A DNA stretch of 64,000 bases from Bacillota bacterium (GTDB lineage: Bacteria; Bacillota; Clostridia; Christensenellales; CAG-138), in assembly GCA_023409435.1 (NCBI GenBank), contig JAEYHP010000055.1, positions 15,773 to 79,772 of the forward strand, given 5' to 3'. Both the position numbers and the translations under genes were made by a program. This document shows, one piece after another, positions 29,895-39,779 of this stretch. The notes beneath the pieces are model-generated. The model did no database searches. It was not told where the DNA came from and saw only the letters and a list, made by a program, of their open reading frames with translations. The first letter of the stretch is position 1, and each line of letters opens with the position of its first letter.

Positions 29895-30565
29895 TCCTCC
29901 CTGCCCTTTGCATACAGCTTGAAGGCGCTCTTGTGGTAACTCAAGACGCCTTCTTTTTGCAGGCGCGAAAGCTCGGCGGACATCGCGCTCCGTTCCACGC
30001 AGAGATAATCCGCCAGCTCCTGTCTGTCAAACGGTATAATGAACTGCGCGCTTTTGTGGGCGTGCGCTTGTTCGTTTAAATAAGAGAGCAGCTTTTCCCG
30101 CGTGGTGCGCCGGGAAATGTGCTGGATCTTGCTGTTAAGCATCATGTTTTTTCGCGCGAGTATCCCCATCATGTTGCGGATCAGTTGCGTATGGAATGCG
30201 CACCCGTTGGCACAGGGCGATATGATGCGCGTATGGTCAAAAAACAGCACGGCGCAGTCGGACGCCGCTTCCACAGAGACCGGGAGGACCGGAGCGTTTG
30301 CGAACGCGAACGCCTCCGCAAAAAGATCGCCTGCGCCAAGCTGCGTCAAAAGCGTGCGCGTGCCGTAGAGATCCTCCCGCGTCACCTGTATGCGGCCGAC
30401 GAGAACCATGCCGAAGCCCGTTACGGGTTCGCCCGCGCGCAAAATGAAAGCGCCCTTTTCGTATTCGCGCGTCTTGGCGTGCAGGCAGCCCAAAAGCCCG
30501 AACAGTTCCGCTTCCTCTATGTTCTGAAAAAGCGGCGCGGCTTTTATGACCGGCAAGTGCTCCAT
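29891..30565 (-). CDS. Crp/Fnr family transcriptional regulator
   Basis: 224 aa. N-terminal cNMP-binding fold (FILRAGEPV...GAGDLFAEA). C-terminal HTH (FDRQELADYLCVERSAMSAELSRLQKEG). Confidence 0.85.
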   Translation of the reverse strand: MEHLPVIKAAPLFQNIEEAELFGLLGCLHAKTREYEKGAFILRAGEPVTGFGMVLVGRIQVTREDLYGTRTLLTQLGAGDLFAEAFAFANAPVLPVSVEAASDCAVLFFDHTRIISPCANGCAFHTQLIRNMMGILARKNMMLNSKIQHISRRTTREKLLSYLNEQAHAHKSAQFIIPFDRQELADYLCVERSAMSAELSRLQKEGVLSYHKSAFKLYAKGRED

Positions 30566-30649
30566 TTATGCTCCCCCCCTGCTTTGTTGGAAAACCAACC
30601 GTTTCTAAACAGTATATCCTTGCGGAGATTTGCGCGCAAGCGGGCATAA

Positions 30650-30678
30650 ACAAAAGCGGCCTTTTGGGCCGCTCTCGC
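30650..30678 (-). terminator. probable terminator of the gcv operon (distal to the repeat element)
   Basis: The minus strand reads gagcggcccaaaaggccgcttttgttt. Confidence 0.6.
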
Positions 30679-30690
30679 TTTGTAAGCAAT

Positions 30691-30894
30691 CCTGTTTAGG
30701 ATTTTAAGGTATCGGCGCTTTCAGCGCCGACGATTATTTTTTACTGCGGGGAAACTGCGTTTCCCCGCGCCCCTTCCTTAAGAACGGCGACTACTCGAAA
30801 ACTTTCTTTGGGAAAAACTTCGGGCGTTTCCGAGAGTGGGTTCTTAGGGCCGTTAGGACCCTAAGCGGAGGTTTGGAGGCAGACCCTCCAACGT
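30691..30894 (+). repeat. composite hairpin mosaic element, type 2 (C-D-E ... A-B), immediately 3' of gcvPB
   Basis: ggtatcggcgctttcagcgccgac, ggggaaactgcgtttcccc and ccttccttaagaac, a spacer, then gggttcttagggccgttaggaccctaagcgg and gtttggaggcagaccctccaacgt. Confidence 0.8.
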
Positions 30895-30898
30895 ATCC

Positions 30899-32353
30899 TT
30901 ATCCTTCGTCCTGCGGCAGCCAACGTACAACCGGCGTTCTCGCCGCACGCGTTTCGTCCGGCCTGCCGATAGGCGTGGTAACGGGCGCCAAGTGCAGGGC
31001 GTCCGGGTCGCGCTGTGCCAAATCCGCGATTTCGCACATGATGGAAACTAGCTGGTCCAGGTTTTCCCGGCTTTCGGTTTCCGTGGGCTCGAACATCATG
31101 GCCTCGTGCACGATCAGCGGGAAGTAGATTGTGGGCGGGTGGAACCCGCGGTCGATGATCGCCTTGGCGATGTCGAGCGTCCTCACGCCGTTTGCAAGCT
31201 GCTCGCGCGGCTGCACCACGCATTCATGCATACAAACTCTGTCGTGCGGCAGCGCGTAGCAGCCTTTCAGGCCATGCTGCACATAGTTCGCGTTGAGCAC
31301 CGCGTTTTCGCTTGCCTCGGTCAGTCCTTCCCCGCCAAGGGAAAGGATGTAGGCGTAGGCGCGGGCCAGTACGCCGAAATTGCCGAAGTACGGCTTCACG
31401 CGGCCTATGGAAAGCGGGCGGTCGAAGTCCGCGCGCACAGTTCCGTCTTCCCCGCAGAAAAGCACGGGGGCGGGCAGGAACGGGATGAGTTCCTTTTTCA
31501 CGCCCACCGGGCCCGCGCCGGGGCCGCCGCCGCCGTGCGGGGTGGAGAACGTCTTATGAAGGTTCAGATGCACTACGTCGAAGCCCATGTCGCCGGGGCG
31601 CACCTTGCCCATGATGGCGTTCATGTTCGCGCCGTCGTAGTAGAGTAGCCCGCCCGCCTCGTGCACAAGTGCTGCGATCTCCAGTATGTTGCGGTCAAAC
31701 AGCCCCAGCGTATTGGGGTTGGTCAGCATCAGGCCCGCGGTTTTGCCGGAAAGGCGCGTCTTCAACGCTTCCACGTCCACGCCGCCTTCGGCGTTGGAGG
31801 GGATCTCCATCGCCTTGAAGCCCGCAAGGGCTGCCGAAGCGGGGTTGGTGCCATGCGCGGAATCCGGCACGAGCATTTCCGTGCGCTCGGCATCATTGCG
31901 CAACTGATGGTACGCCTTGATGATCATCAGCCCCGTCAGCTCCCCATGCGCACCTGCGGCGGGCTGCAAGGTGAAGGCGTCCATGCCGGTGACTTCAGAG
32001 AGCGCGTCCTGGAGTTGCGCCATCATGGAAAACGCGCCTGAAAGGTCAACTTCGTCCAGCAGCGGGTGCAGGTCGCGGAACACGCCCGCGACCTCCTCGT
32101 TGATCTTGGGGTTGTACTTCATGGTGCAGGAGCCTAATGGATAGCTGCCGTTGTCCACGCCGAAATTGCGGCGGGAAAGGCGGACGTAATGGCGCACAAG
32201 CTCCACTTCGCTCAGTTCGGGGAGAGGCAAAGCATCGCCTAACAGTTCCTTGGGCAGCGGCGCGTCGAGCTGGGGCACGTCGAGCTGCGGCAGGTCTGCG
32301 GCGCGGCGGCCAGCTTTACTCAGTTCAAACAACAGCGGTACTGTGCTTCTCAT
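30899..32353 (-). CDS. gcvPB: glycine dehydrogenase (aminomethyl-transferring) subunit 2
   Basis: 484 aa. Contains [10 protein letters not shown] and [18 protein letters not shown] (PLP Lys). Its ATG overlaps the gcvPA stop (ATGA). Confidence 0.92.
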   Translation of the reverse strand: MRSTVPLLFELSKAGRRAADLPQLDVPQLDAPLPKELLGDALPLPELSEVELVRHYVRLSRRNFGVDNGSYPLGSCTMKYNPKINEEVAGVFRDLHPLLDEVDLSGAFSMMAQLQDALSEVTGMDAFTLQPAAGAHGELTGLMIIKAYHQLRNDAERTEMLVPDSAHGTNPASAALAGFKAMEIPSNAEGGVDVEALKTRLSGKTAGLMLTNPNTLGLFDRNILEIAALVHEAGGLLYYDGANMNAIMGKVRPGDMGFDVVHLNLHKTFSTPHGGGGPGAGPVGVKKELIPFLPAPVLFCGEDGTVRADFDRPLSIGRVKPYFGNFGVLARAYAYILSLGGEGLTEASENAVLNANYVQHGLKGCYALPHDRVCMHECVVQPREQLANGVRTLDIAKAIIDRGFHPPTIYFPLIVHEAMMFEPTETESRENLDQLVSIMCEIADLAQRDPDALHLAPVTTPIGRPDETRAARTPVVRWLPQDEG

Positions 32354-33684
32354 TTTGCCACCTCCTCGAGCGCGTTCAGGAACGCGTCCAGCTCTTCGCG
32401 CGTGTTCTGCTCCGTCGCGCAGTAGAGGATGCCGCTGTCTCCGGCATAATAGCGGTTGAGCGGCAGCCCGCCGATGAAACCGCGCGCTTTGAGCGCGTCG
32501 TTGATCGACTGCGCGTCCTTCCCGCAGTCGATAACGAACTCGTGGAAGAACGGCGAACTATACCTTGCACGCATACCGGGAATGTGGAGTATGCCCTCAT
32601 AAAGGTAATGCGCTTTCTGCAAACACTGCTCCGCTACCTCTCGCATGCCGCCCGGTCCCATGGCTGCAAGGTACACCGCGGCGCGCAGCGCGCACAGGCT
32701 CTGGTTGGAGCAGACGTTGGAGGAGGCCTTTTCTCTGCGGATATGCTGCTCGCGCGCCTGCAGCGTCAGCACATAGGCGCGTCTGCCTTCCCCATCCACC
32801 GTTTCTCCTGCTATTCTGCCGGGCAGGTGGCGGATGTACTGCTGTTTCGTTGCCATAAACCCAAGGTACGGCCCGCCAACAGAGAGCGGCAGCCCAAGCG
32901 GCTGGCCTTCCCCCACCGCGATATCCGCGCCGTAGTCCCCCGGGCGCTTCAATAACCCCAGCGAAATGGGGTTGACTACGGCGGTCAGAAGCGCGCCTTT
33001 TTCGTGCAGCGTTGTGGCGGTGCCTTCCATATCTTCCACAACGCCGAAGAAGTTGGGGTTTTGCAGCAGCAGGCCACCGGCGCCCTCGAGGTTGGCGGCT
33101 AACGCGTCAAAATCCGTCCTGCCTTCCCTGTCCAACGGGATCTCTGTAAGCTCAAAACCCACAAACCGCGCGTAGGTCTTTAAGATAGCGATATATTCCG
33201 GATTGAGACCGGCGGAATAGAGCGCCTTATTCTTGCGCGTGATGCCGCGCAGCATGACCATGGCCTCCGCGCAGGCGGAGCCGCCGTCGTATACCGAGGC
33301 GTTGGAGGCATCCAGCCCCGTCAACTGGCAGATAAGCGTCTGGTACTCGAATATTGCCTGCAGCATGCCCTGGCTCATTTCGGGCTGGTAGGGCGTGTAC
33401 GCGGTGTAGAATTCCGAGCGGGAGGCCATGGCGTCCACCACCGAGGGGATGTAGTGCCTGTACGCACCCGCGCCGCGGAAAAGCGGAAGTTCTCCCGCCT
33501 TGCTCGCAAACGCCTGGAACGCGCGCCGTACCTCCTGCTCGCTCTTGCCCTTGGGCAGGTCGAGCGGGCGGCCGAGCCGCGCTTTTTCGGGAATGTCGGA
33601 AAACAGCTCGTCGATGCTCTCTAGCCCTATGGCGTTGAGCATCTCACGCTGTTCTTCCCTTGTGTTTGGAACGTAACTGCGCAT
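32350..33684 (-). CDS. gcvPA: glycine dehydrogenase (aminomethyl-transferring) subunit 1
   Basis: 444 aa. Contains [32 protein letters not shown] and [11 protein letters not shown]. Confidence 0.92.
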   Translation of the reverse strand: MRSYVPNTREEQREMLNAIGLESIDELFSDIPEKARLGRPLDLPKGKSEQEVRRAFQAFASKAGELPLFRGAGAYRHYIPSVVDAMASRSEFYTAYTPYQPEMSQGMLQAIFEYQTLICQLTGLDASNASVYDGGSACAEAMVMLRGITRKNKALYSAGLNPEYIAILKTYARFVGFELTEIPLDREGRTDFDALAANLEGAGGLLLQNPNFFGVVEDMEGTATTLHEKGALLTAVVNPISLGLLKRPGDYGADIAVGEGQPLGLPLSVGGPYLGFMATKQQYIRHLPGRIAGETVDGEGRRAYVLTLQAREQHIRREKASSNVCSNQSLCALRAAVYLAAMGPGGMREVAEQCLQKAHYLYEGILHIPGMRARYSSPFFHEFVIDCGKDAQSINDALKARGFIGGLPLNRYYAGDSGILYCATEQNTREELDAFLNALEEVAK

Positions 33685-33696
33685 GGGTTTTCTCCC

Positions 33697-34071
33697 TTAT
33701 AGCGTCGCCACAAACGCGTCGTATTCCACGGCAGATAAAAGCGCCGCTTCGTCCACCTCGCTTGCCGCAAGCACCACAATGAACTCTTCATACGGCGCAC
33801 TGTTCAGGCGCTCGGGTTCGTCCTCGAGCGGTTTGTTCACTTCCAGCACCTCGCCGCCCACCGGCGTATAGACGTTGGATACCGCCTTGACGGATTCTAC
33901 CACCGCCACGCTGTCCCCGGGGTTTATGGTATCCCCGACCTGCGGCAGCTCCACATACACGATATCCCCCAGCGCTTCCTGTGCGTGCGCCGTGATGCCA
34001 AGGCGCGCCTTGCCATCCTCAAAGATTACCCATTCATGCTCCTTGGTGTACTTGCGGTCGTTCGGCGTCAT
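33697..34071 (-). CDS. gcvH: glycine cleavage system protein H
   Basis: 124 aa. Contains YTKEHEW and the lipoyl-Lys motif VESVKAVS. Confidence 0.92.
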   Translation of the reverse strand: MTPNDRKYTKEHEWVIFEDGKARLGITAHAQEALGDIVYVELPQVGDTINPGDSVAVVESVKAVSNVYTPVGGEVLEVNKPLEDEPERLNSAPYEEFIVVLAASEVDEAALLSAVEYDAFVATL

Positions 34072-34112
34072 GGACTGTACCTCCTATAATTATTGATTCG
34101 AGTTTCTATTTC

Positions 34113-34336
34113 CGGGGGCTTTGCCCCCCGAGCCCCCACATAAGGGACGTAACGTCCCTTATGAATCCCCAAATGGGTTCCAAGGGTCGTTACGACCCTT
34201 GGCGGGAGTTTGGGGGCCGAGCTGAGCGCCGCCAGTGGCGGAGCAAGCGCAGTGGAGGCCCAGTGAGCAAAGGAACGCAGGCCGTTAGGGTCTGCGAGAC
34301 TATTGCGAACTGTGGGCCCGCCAGGCAGAGCCCTCA
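34113..34336 (+). repeat. composite hairpin mosaic element, type 1 with long-form B module, inserted between gcvT and gcvH
   Basis: G cgggggctttgccccccg, H cataagggacgtaacgtcccttatg and A gggttccaagggtcgttacgacccttggcggg. The B stem (tttgggggc ... gagccctca) is split by an insert of about 110 nt that shares blocks (agcgccgccWgtggcgg, cccagtgagcaa, attgcgaactgtgg) with 43037-43187. Confidence 0.75.
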
Positions 34337-34346
34337 TGCGCATTTC

Positions 34347-35426
34347 TTACTTCCCTCTTTTATAAAACGGCAGCGAAACCTGCTCCGCCTGCAGCGGGCG
34401 GTTGCGCACCACAATGAAAAATGCCGTTTCGGCTGCGGCGCCCGCATCCACAAGCGCCATGGCATAGCTTGCGCCGAGCGTAGGCGAAGGCACGCCGGAT
34501 GTGGTGACGCCGACTTTTTTTCCATTTACAAGAACATCTTCCCCGCCCCTTGCAATGCCGCGGTCGGTAAGCTTTAACCCGATACGCACGCGCGCGGGCA
34601 CTTCCACCAGCCCTTCCCGGCCGATGAATTCGCCTTTGTCGAGCTTGATGGCAAACAAGAGTCCGGCCTCGCGCGGGGTGATGTCCTTCCCCAGTTCGTG
34701 CCCGTACAGCGGCATGCCCGCCTCAAAGCGCAGCGTATCCCGGGCGCCGAGGCCGCAGGGCAGCGCACCGTAAGGCTTCCCCGCTTCCAGCAGCAGGCCC
34801 CAAAGCGCTTCCCCGTTCTTTGCGGGGCAGTACAGTTCCAGCCCGTCCTCGCCGGTGTAGCCGGTACGGGAAACGATGGCGGGAACGCCGCAGACATGAA
34901 GTTCAGAAAACGAATAGTTTTTGTCGGGCAGCGACCCATCGCAGAGTGGGGACAGGATTTCGTTCGCCTTTGGCCCCTGGAGCGCGATCTGCGCGAAGGC
35001 GGCGGACAGGTTATCGAGCGCAACATCAAACCATTCCGCGTTCTGCCGCATCCACTCAAAATCCTTTTGTGTGTTGGAGGCATTGACCACCACAAGGTAG
35101 CGTTCTTCGCTGAATTTATAGACGATCACGTCGTCCACCGTGCCGCCGTCCGGATAGCACATGGGCGAGTATCGGCAGCGGAGCGGTAACATGGACGCGA
35201 TGCTGTTGGTCAGAAGATGGTCTAAATAGCTTTCCGCGTCCCTGCCTGTAACAAAAATTTCCCCCATATGCGAGACGTCGAACAGTCCCGCGCGCTCGCG
35301 CACGGCCTTGTGCTCCTCCAGCACCGAGGAATACTGCACCGGCAGCGCCCAGCCGCCAAAATCGATGAGTTTGCCGCCGAGCGCGACATGCGCCTGGTAC
35401 AGCGGCGTTTGTTTTAGATCCTCCAT
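34347..35426 (-). CDS. gcvT: glycine cleavage system aminomethyltransferase T
   Basis: 359 aa. Contains TPLYQAHVALGGKLIDFGGWALPVQY and FDVSHMGE. RBS aggagg. Confidence 0.92.
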   Translation of the reverse strand: MEDLKQTPLYQAHVALGGKLIDFGGWALPVQYSSVLEEHKAVRERAGLFDVSHMGEIFVTGRDAESYLDHLLTNSIASMLPLRCRYSPMCYPDGGTVDDVIVYKFSEERYLVVVNASNTQKDFEWMRQNAEWFDVALDNLSAAFAQIALQGPKANEILSPLCDGSLPDKNYSFSELHVCGVPAIVSRTGYTGEDGLELYCPAKNGEALWGLLLEAGKPYGALPCGLGARDTLRFEAGMPLYGHELGKDITPREAGLLFAIKLDKGEFIGREGLVEVPARVRIGLKLTDRGIARGGEDVLVNGKKVGVTTSGVPSPTLGASYAMALVDAGAAAETAFFIVVRNRPLQAEQVSLPFYKRGK

Positions 35427-35463
35427 AGGAACCTCCTGATATCAATATGTGCAAAAAAAGGAC

Positions 35464-35680
35464 ATAAAAAGAGCGCGCAAAAAGAAATTGCGCGCTCCGT
35501 CCTTGCACCTGAGAGATTCCCCTGTTACGTTCTAAAAGATGAACAAGGTTGCCCCATCGGCGCCGCCATAGTAAGGCGGCTTTCCGGAGGTTTGTCCGGG
35601 TACGGTTCTTTTGCCTGAGAGTTTTTGCCCTTCCCCTTCGGCGCCGCGCTATGCGGTCTCTCCCGAACCCATCATCCACA
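35464..35680 (-). promoter_or_regulatory. tandem glycine riboswitch with terminator-type expression platform, upstream of gcvT
   Basis: On the minus strand, aptamer 1 is cgggagagaccgc...gcgccgaaggggaagggcaa. Aptamer 2 is ctccggaaagccgcc...ggcggcgccgatggggcaacc. The terminator is gagcgcgcaatttctttttgcgcgctcttttt (35464-35499). Confidence 0.85.
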
Positions 35681-35859
35681 GTATGCTGTTTTCCCAACTT
35701 TTTATAGTATAGCAAGAAGCGCGCGGGATGAAAAGCAAAATTCCGTTCAGATGCGATGAAAGCGTCTCGTTAAATTTTAAACCCGAAATTCCCCTTTGCG
35801 CTGCCAAAAGAAGAGGCTATACTGGTCTTTGTAGGCATCATAATACGGGAGGAATACAT

Positions 35860-36963
35860 ATGGCTTCCAAGGTTTACTTTTCAGATCTTCGGGTCCCGGT
35901 GGGGAAAAGCATACTCACAAAGCTCAAAGAACTGTTGATCGCCGCAGGCATCAAAGAGATCGATTTTACGCGCAAATACGCCGCCATCAAAATCCATTTC
36001 GGCGAGCCGGGCAATGTTTCCTATATCCGCCCCAACTACGCCAAAGTGGTGGCGGACCTCATAACGGAGCTTGGCGGCAGGCCGTTCTTAACGGATTGCA
36101 ACACGCTCTATGTCGGCCGCCGCAAAAATGCGCTTGATCATATTTCATCCGCGTATGAAAATGGGTTCACGCCATTTTCCACCGGCTGCCATGTGCTGAT
36201 TGCGGACGGTTTAAAGGGCACGGACGAAGCCCGCATCCCCATACCCGGCGGCGAAATTTTAGGCGAGGCCCGCATCGGCCGCGCCATCATGGACGCGGAC
36301 GTGTTCATATCCCTCAACCACTTCAAGGGGCATGAGGGCACCGGCTTTGGCGGCGCGCTCAAAAATATCGGCATGGGCTGCGGTTCCCGCGCGGGGAAAA
36401 TGGCCATGCATTCGAGCGGCAAGGCCGCGGCGGACCCGGACGTATGTATCAACTGCAAAGAATGCGCTACCGTTTGTGCGCACGATGCGCAGTCGTTCGA
36501 TACCGGCGTATGTATCATAGACCCCGAAAAGTGCGTGGGCTGCGGCAGATGCCTGGGCGTATGTCCTGTGGACGCGATCTACGCGCCGGAGGGTTCCGCA
36601 AACGACCTGCTCAATAAAAAGATCGCGGAGTACACCAAGGCGGTGCTTTATAACCGGCCCAACTTCCACATCAACCTGGTGATGAACGTCTCCCCCTTCT
36701 GCGACTGCCACGATGGAAACGATGCGCCTATCGTGCCGGATATCGGCCTGTTCGCCTCGTTCGATCCCGTGGCGCTCGACGTCGCCTGCGCGGACGCCGT
36801 GAATGCAGAGAAGCCCATACGCAACAGTTACTTAGGTGAAGCCGCGCATACGCACGGGGACCATTTTACGGATATGTTCCCGGAGACCTCCTGGCGCGTC
36901 GGCGTGGAACATGCGAAAAAGATCGGCATCGGCACGGCGGAATATACGCTGGTTAAGGTTTGA
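35860..36963 (+). CDS. DUF362 domain protein with 4Fe-4S dicluster ferredoxin insert
   Basis: ATG 35860 with RBS gggagg. Contains MASKVYFSDLR...IKIHFGEPGN...TDCNTLY and two CxxCxxCxxxCP motifs (CINCKECATVCAHDA, CVGCGRCLGVCPVDA). Confidence 0.8.
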   Translation: MASKVYFSDLRVPVGKSILTKLKELLIAAGIKEIDFTRKYAAIKIHFGEPGNVSYIRPNYAKVVADLITELGGRPFLTDCNTLYVGRRKNALDHISSAYENGFTPFSTGCHVLIADGLKGTDEARIPIPGGEILGEARIGRAIMDADVFISLNHFKGHEGTGFGGALKNIGMGCGSRAGKMAMHSSGKAAADPDVCINCKECATVCAHDAQSFDTGVCIIDPEKCVGCGRCLGVCPVDAIYAPEGSANDLLNKKIAEYTKAVLYNRPNFHINLVMNVSPFCDCHDGNDAPIVPDIGLFASFDPVALDVACADAVNAEKPIRNSYLGEAAHTHGDHFTDMFPETSWRVGVEHAKKIGIGTAEYTLVKV

Positions 36964-37039
36964 GGAATTTTCTCAATAACAAAAACAAAGGGAGGGCAAA
37001 CGCCCTCCCTTCCGCGTATCCATATCATTGGCGCATGCC

Positions 37040-37969
37040 TCAACGCACGTCATTCCCCAACCTTCTAAAAATAATATGCCGGGTGAGCATATCCAGTGTA
37101 ATCAACAGGCGGTTCTTTTGGATTTGATCAGAATTCAATTCAACCATGATAGGGGATGTGAAATCATCGGCTTGCGCCAAATTGACTTCGGTTAAACCGC
37201 GCAGGGGCAATTCCATGTTATCCAGTAAAAGCGTAACATCTTTTTTCAGCATACCTGGCTCTTCAGGACCCACGCGAAACGCGCTGTTTTCATTGTGCAG
37301 ATAGGAATGGTTTTTCCCCGTATCGAGATAAACGGTTACAGGTTCTCCGCTGAGGGTTGCTTCAAAAAATAGAAGATTTTCGAGACCATGCTGTGTCGAT
37401 TGGCATAGAGGTAAAACCACATATTTTTTCATGTCAAGCTTGCTATAGTCAATAGGGCGGTTTGTGACGGCTATTTTTCTCCCCGTATAGTCGAGCGTAA
37501 CTACTTGCGATGAAAAATATTCCAGCCCAATAAGGCCGTCAAATTTTACGGAAGAGAACATGTTCCAATCCGCCAAAGTTGTCTCAATTTGCGTATGTTC
37601 TTTGCCAAACACAGTAAACTCTTTTAGTAAAACAGATTTTGACCATCCGCGATGTGAGCCGTCACGGTTTAATTGTTCGGTCTGGCCAAGGAGGGTGTAG
37701 CCTATTTTCCCTTCTAGCGAACTGGTCAATAAAAGACCGGAACTGCAACCTGTATCAAATGTAAAAAGAAATTTATTGCCTTCAATTGAGATTGGTATGA
37801 CGGGGCAACCTAGATTATCCAGGCTCAGATCGTAAATTTCCTCCTTCTGATAGCTAAAATCCTGTACCCAGCTTTCATCAGCTGTTACTGCTAAAAAATA
37901 TGGAAATAAAAAGTATCCTCCGATAACCAGAATGAAAAGAATTAAAAGAATGGATAGGAGTTTTTTCAT
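37040..37969 (-). CDS. membrane-anchored retropepsin-like aspartic protease with two DTG half-domains
   Basis: 309 aa. N-terminal TM (LLSILLILFILVIGGYFLF). Two motifs, FTFDTGCSSGLLL and VYLDTGKNHSYL. The gene is visibly AT-richer than its neighbours. RBS ggag. Confidence 0.6.
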   Translation of the reverse strand: MKKLLSILLILFILVIGGYFLFPYFLAVTADESWVQDFSYQKEEIYDLSLDNLGCPVIPISIEGNKFLFTFDTGCSSGLLLTSSLEGKIGYTLLGQTEQLNRDGSHRGWSKSVLLKEFTVFGKEHTQIETTLADWNMFSSVKFDGLIGLEYFSSQVVTLDYTGRKIAVTNRPIDYSKLDMKKYVVLPLCQSTQHGLENLLFFEATLSGEPVTVYLDTGKNHSYLHNENSAFRVGPEEPGMLKKDVTLLLDNMELPLRGLTEVNLAQADDFTSPIMVELNSDQIQKNRLLITLDMLTRHIIFRRLGNDVR

Positions 37970-38154
37970 AAATAATCTCCGCTAAAAAAGAATACTGTAC
38001 GGAGTGTTCAACGAAAAGCAACTTAGAAAAACCACTTTTAATTTGTCCCATCTGACGACATTTGCCTCAGATGGGACACCTTGTGCTCAGGGCTGTACCG
38101 TCAGCCCTGAACAGAAAAACTCACCTAAATGGCATGGCCATTTAGGCGAAATTG

Positions 38155-38865
38155 CTACGCGATCGCCAGCGCGATATGCATCATATCCAGGAACGTGTTC
38201 TGCCGTTCCTCCGCCGTGCACTCCTCGCCCGTGAAGGGGAGGTCGGAGATGGTGCACATGCACAGCGCGTTTTTGCCCGCGCGTGCGGCGTTGCAGTAGA
38301 GCGCGGCCGCTTCCATTTCCACGGCCAGCACGCCCATCTTGCACCAGTCGCCTAAAGAGTTAGAATCGTCGTAGAACGTATCGGAGGATAGTATGGTGCC
38401 CGCCATCATGCGGGAACCGCGCCGTTCGCCTTCCTCCACCGCGGCTTTGACTAAACGATAGCTCGCCGTGGGCGCGAACGTCCCGGGAAGATTGTATTGC
38501 GAGGCGTAATTGGAGTTGGTGCAGGCGGAAAGCGCCACCACGATGTCCCTAAGCTTCAAACTGGAGTGTATGCCGCCCGCCGAGCCGATGCGTATGATGT
38601 TTTCCACGCCGAATTTATTGAACAATTCAAAGGAATAAATGCCAATGGAGGGCATGCCCATGCCGCTGGCCATAACGGATACCCGCTTGCCCTCATAAGT
38701 GCCGGTGTAGCCCTGTATGCCGCGGATGTTGTTGAAGAGCTTCGCATCGGTTAACAGCGTTTCCGCAATGAATTTTGCGCGCAGCGGGTCGCCCGGCATC
38801 AGCACCGTTTTTGCGATGTCCTCCTTGGCACAGGCGATGTGCGGGGTCTTTATCGTATCGTTCAT
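38155..38865 (-). CDS. deoD: purine-nucleoside phosphorylase (DeoD type)
   Basis: ATG 38865 with RBS aggagg gives 236 aa. Contains TPHIACAKEDIAKTVLMPGDPLRAKFIAE, GMGMPS and AVEMEAAALY. The longer ORF in the track has no upstream RBS and would overlap the divergent neighbour. Confidence 0.9.
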   Translation of the reverse strand: MNDTIKTPHIACAKEDIAKTVLMPGDPLRAKFIAETLLTDAKLFNNIRGIQGYTGTYEGKRVSVMASGMGMPSIGIYSFELFNKFGVENIIRIGSAGGIHSSLKLRDIVVALSACTNSNYASQYNLPGTFAPTASYRLVKAAVEEGERRGSRMMAGTILSSDTFYDDSNSLGDWCKMGVLAVEMEAAALYCNAARAGKNALCMCTISDLPFTGEECTAEERQNTFLDMMHIALAIA

Positions 38866-39008
38866 GGATGGCCCTCCTGATGTTTTCTTTCTAGTATAAC
38901 ATAAATTATCCCATAAAAACCGGATAGGGGAATCGGCGTAAGCCCGGTTTCCGCATAACGGACCCGCGCCGAGCATAACATGCTGCATCCGGATATTGGG
39001 AGGCAAGC

Positions 39009-39530
39009 ATGGAACAAAGGGACTCATCCGGCTTACGGACAGTACCGTATGACAGGGAAAAGGCGGTGGCGTATGCGCGCAGGTGGGCCATGAGCAGGAA
39101 CCCGGCGTATTATGATTTTTCCGGGCTGGGGGGGGACTGCACGAATTTCGCCTCCCAATGCGTGTATGCGGGCGCAGGGCAGATGAACTTCAGGCCCACG
39201 GTGGGTTGGTATTACCGGAACGCCAACAATCGCTCCCCAAGCTGGACGGGCGTGGAATACTTTTATAACTTTATGGTCAACAACAGACGGGAAGGCCCGT
39301 TCATGCAGCTGGTGCCGCTGGAGGGGCTGCAGCCCGGCGACGTGATACAGATCAAGTTTAGAGAACCGTACTTTTCACATAACCCCGTGGTGCTTTCCGT
39401 CGGTTCTCCGCCCGATCCATCAAATATTCTCATCGCCGCCCACACCATCGATTCGCTTGACCGGGCTTTGGATACGTATACTTATATTGCGCTGCGTCCT
39501 ATGCATGTGCTGGGGGTGCGCAAGTGGTAA
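39009..39530 (+). CDS. putative amidase-domain protein (permuted papain-like, Amidase_6-type)
   Basis: 173 aa. Contains YDREKAVAYARRWA...YYDFSGLGGDCTNFASQCVYAGG...SWTGVEYFYNF... and the C-terminal H (AAHT). RBS gggagg. Confidence 0.65.
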   Translation: MEQRDSSGLRTVPYDREKAVAYARRWAMSRNPAYYDFSGLGGDCTNFASQCVYAGAGQMNFRPTVGWYYRNANNRSPSWTGVEYFYNFMVNNRREGPFMQLVPLEGLQPGDVIQIKFREPYFSHNPVVLSVGSPPDPSNILIAAHTIDSLDRALDTYTYIALRPMHVLGVRKW

Positions 39531-39664
39531 CAGCGGATATTTTGATTTGCGGCAAGTGAGTAATCGCTCATAGTTATACGTTTCAAGAATCTGACAAAAA
39601 TCCGCATAATACTTCCCCACAGAATCCGCCCGCAGCATGGAAATGCCCAAAGATAGGGCGTTTC

Positions 39665-39693
39665 TTGCGTTTTGCGGCAAGACGTGTTATACT
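39665..39693 (+). promoter_or_regulatory. candidate sigma-A promoter for the tri-domain gene
   Basis: TTGCGT, a 17-nt spacer, then TATACT. Confidence 0.4.
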
Positions 39694-39779
39694 TTGCTGT
39701 GTATACTCATTGCATGCTTTCTTTTTTTTTGCGCATGCACGGCATTATAACGCATATTAATTCTGTGGGAGGAATAATT

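Noticed and set aside
38866-39027. N-terminal extensions offered by the ORF track. Examples are deoD to 39027, addA to 13267, DUF362 to 35728, the WG protein to 28644, potC to 24683, nusG to 50953, rpmG to 50463, the island genes to 45287/47188/47810/48711, the MTase to 59049 and the lipoprotein to 55033.
   Set aside because: Internal start codons have well-spaced GGAGG-type RBSs and give products of canonical length. The extensions lack RBSs and overlap neighbouring genes or leader RNAs.
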